Below, piece after piece: positions 15,242-15,607 of a stretch of DNA of 15,607 bases (positions are counted from its first letter, which is position 1; the number at the start of each line of letters is the position of its first letter). The position numbers and the translations under genes are program-made. The stretch covers positions 90,855-106,461 of the forward strand of contig CAZXZO010000005.1 in assembly GCA_964645485.1 (NCBI GenBank), given 5' to 3'. The notes under the pieces were generated by a model. It was not told the DNA's origin. It ran no database searches and was given only the letters and a program-made list of their open reading frames with translations. The DNA comes from an uncultured Candidatus Poseidoniales archaeon. Lineage in GTDB: Archaea > Thermoplasmatota > Poseidoniia > Poseidoniales > Thalassarchaeaceae.

Positions 15242-15607
15242 TTAATCTTCAGAGGACTCATCGCCCAACCAGCCCTTGTCCTTAAGCCAGTCACCAGATG
15301 ATTCTAATTTACCAAAGAAACCAGTTGACTCAGCATCATCAGAACGAGTGTGGCTGACCATGTAAGCGAAGAAAATAGAATCCCAAAGTCCTTGCTTTGT
15401 CTCATGTCGAATCTTTGCAACTACCCAGTCTGATAGAGGGATTCCTAGAATTGCTAAGCCAATTCCGAGTTTGACGGTATCTGCATCAGATGTGCCCACC
15501 TTTGCAGATAGAATCATGAATAAACCAACACCAATGTAAAGTACAGTCATTGCTTTCAGAGTTTGATGGATAAATATCGGAGGAGTCCCTTTATGAGTTA
15601 CATATTG
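15242..15607 (-). CDS. Hypothetical membrane protein, probably only the 3' part (frame is open to the window edge)
   Basis: The frame of the 15242-15550 ORF stays open upstream (QYVTHKGTPPIFIHQTLKA-MTVLY...). It has two hydrophobic segments and an acidic tail. Confidence 0.7.
   Translation of the reverse strand, partial: QYVTHKGTPPIFIHQTLKAMTVLYIGVGLFMILSAKVGTSDADTVKLGIGLAILGIPLSDWVVAKIRHETKQGLWDSIFFAYMVSHTRSDDAESTGFFGKLESSGDWLKDKGWLGDESSED

Noticed and set aside
1-15607. CRISPR arrays, tRNA/rRNA genes, transposases, integrases or defence genes
   Set aside because: I saw no repeat-spacer periodicity or RNA gene signatures, the intergenic gaps are all under about 150 nt, and no ORF has mobile-element motifs.

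Overview
Archaeal genomic window, most likely Thermoplasmatota and probably Marine Group II/Poseidoniales. This is inferred from PAN, archaeal MBF1, Tsr3, an archaeal-type MetRS and DUF835 occurring alongside bacterial-like catabolic genes. From left to right it contains: (1) a truncated minus-strand gene missing from the ORF track, encoding two Cys4 zinc ribbons, an EF-hand pair and a very acidic repeat tract, divergent from a DUF835 (inactive KaiC-like) protein; (2) a histidine-utilisation cluster with hutH (Ala-Cys-Gly instead of Ala-Ser-Gly at the MIO site), long-form hutU, an opposite-strand class I/II aminotransferase, and a formiminotransferase and cyclodeaminase separated by 1 nt, with no hutI in the window; (3) pan (C-terminus LWS rather than HbYX) divergent from mbf1-tsr3; (4) metG followed 4 nt later by an ArsC/YfgD-family gene; (5) a CNNM/CBS transporter, a MOSC protein and a truncated membrane protein. 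The intergenic regions share a TYAMC element 20-28 nt upstream of six start codons, and hutU and ftcd share a longer upstream motif. I saw no RNA genes, CRISPR arrays or mobile elements.
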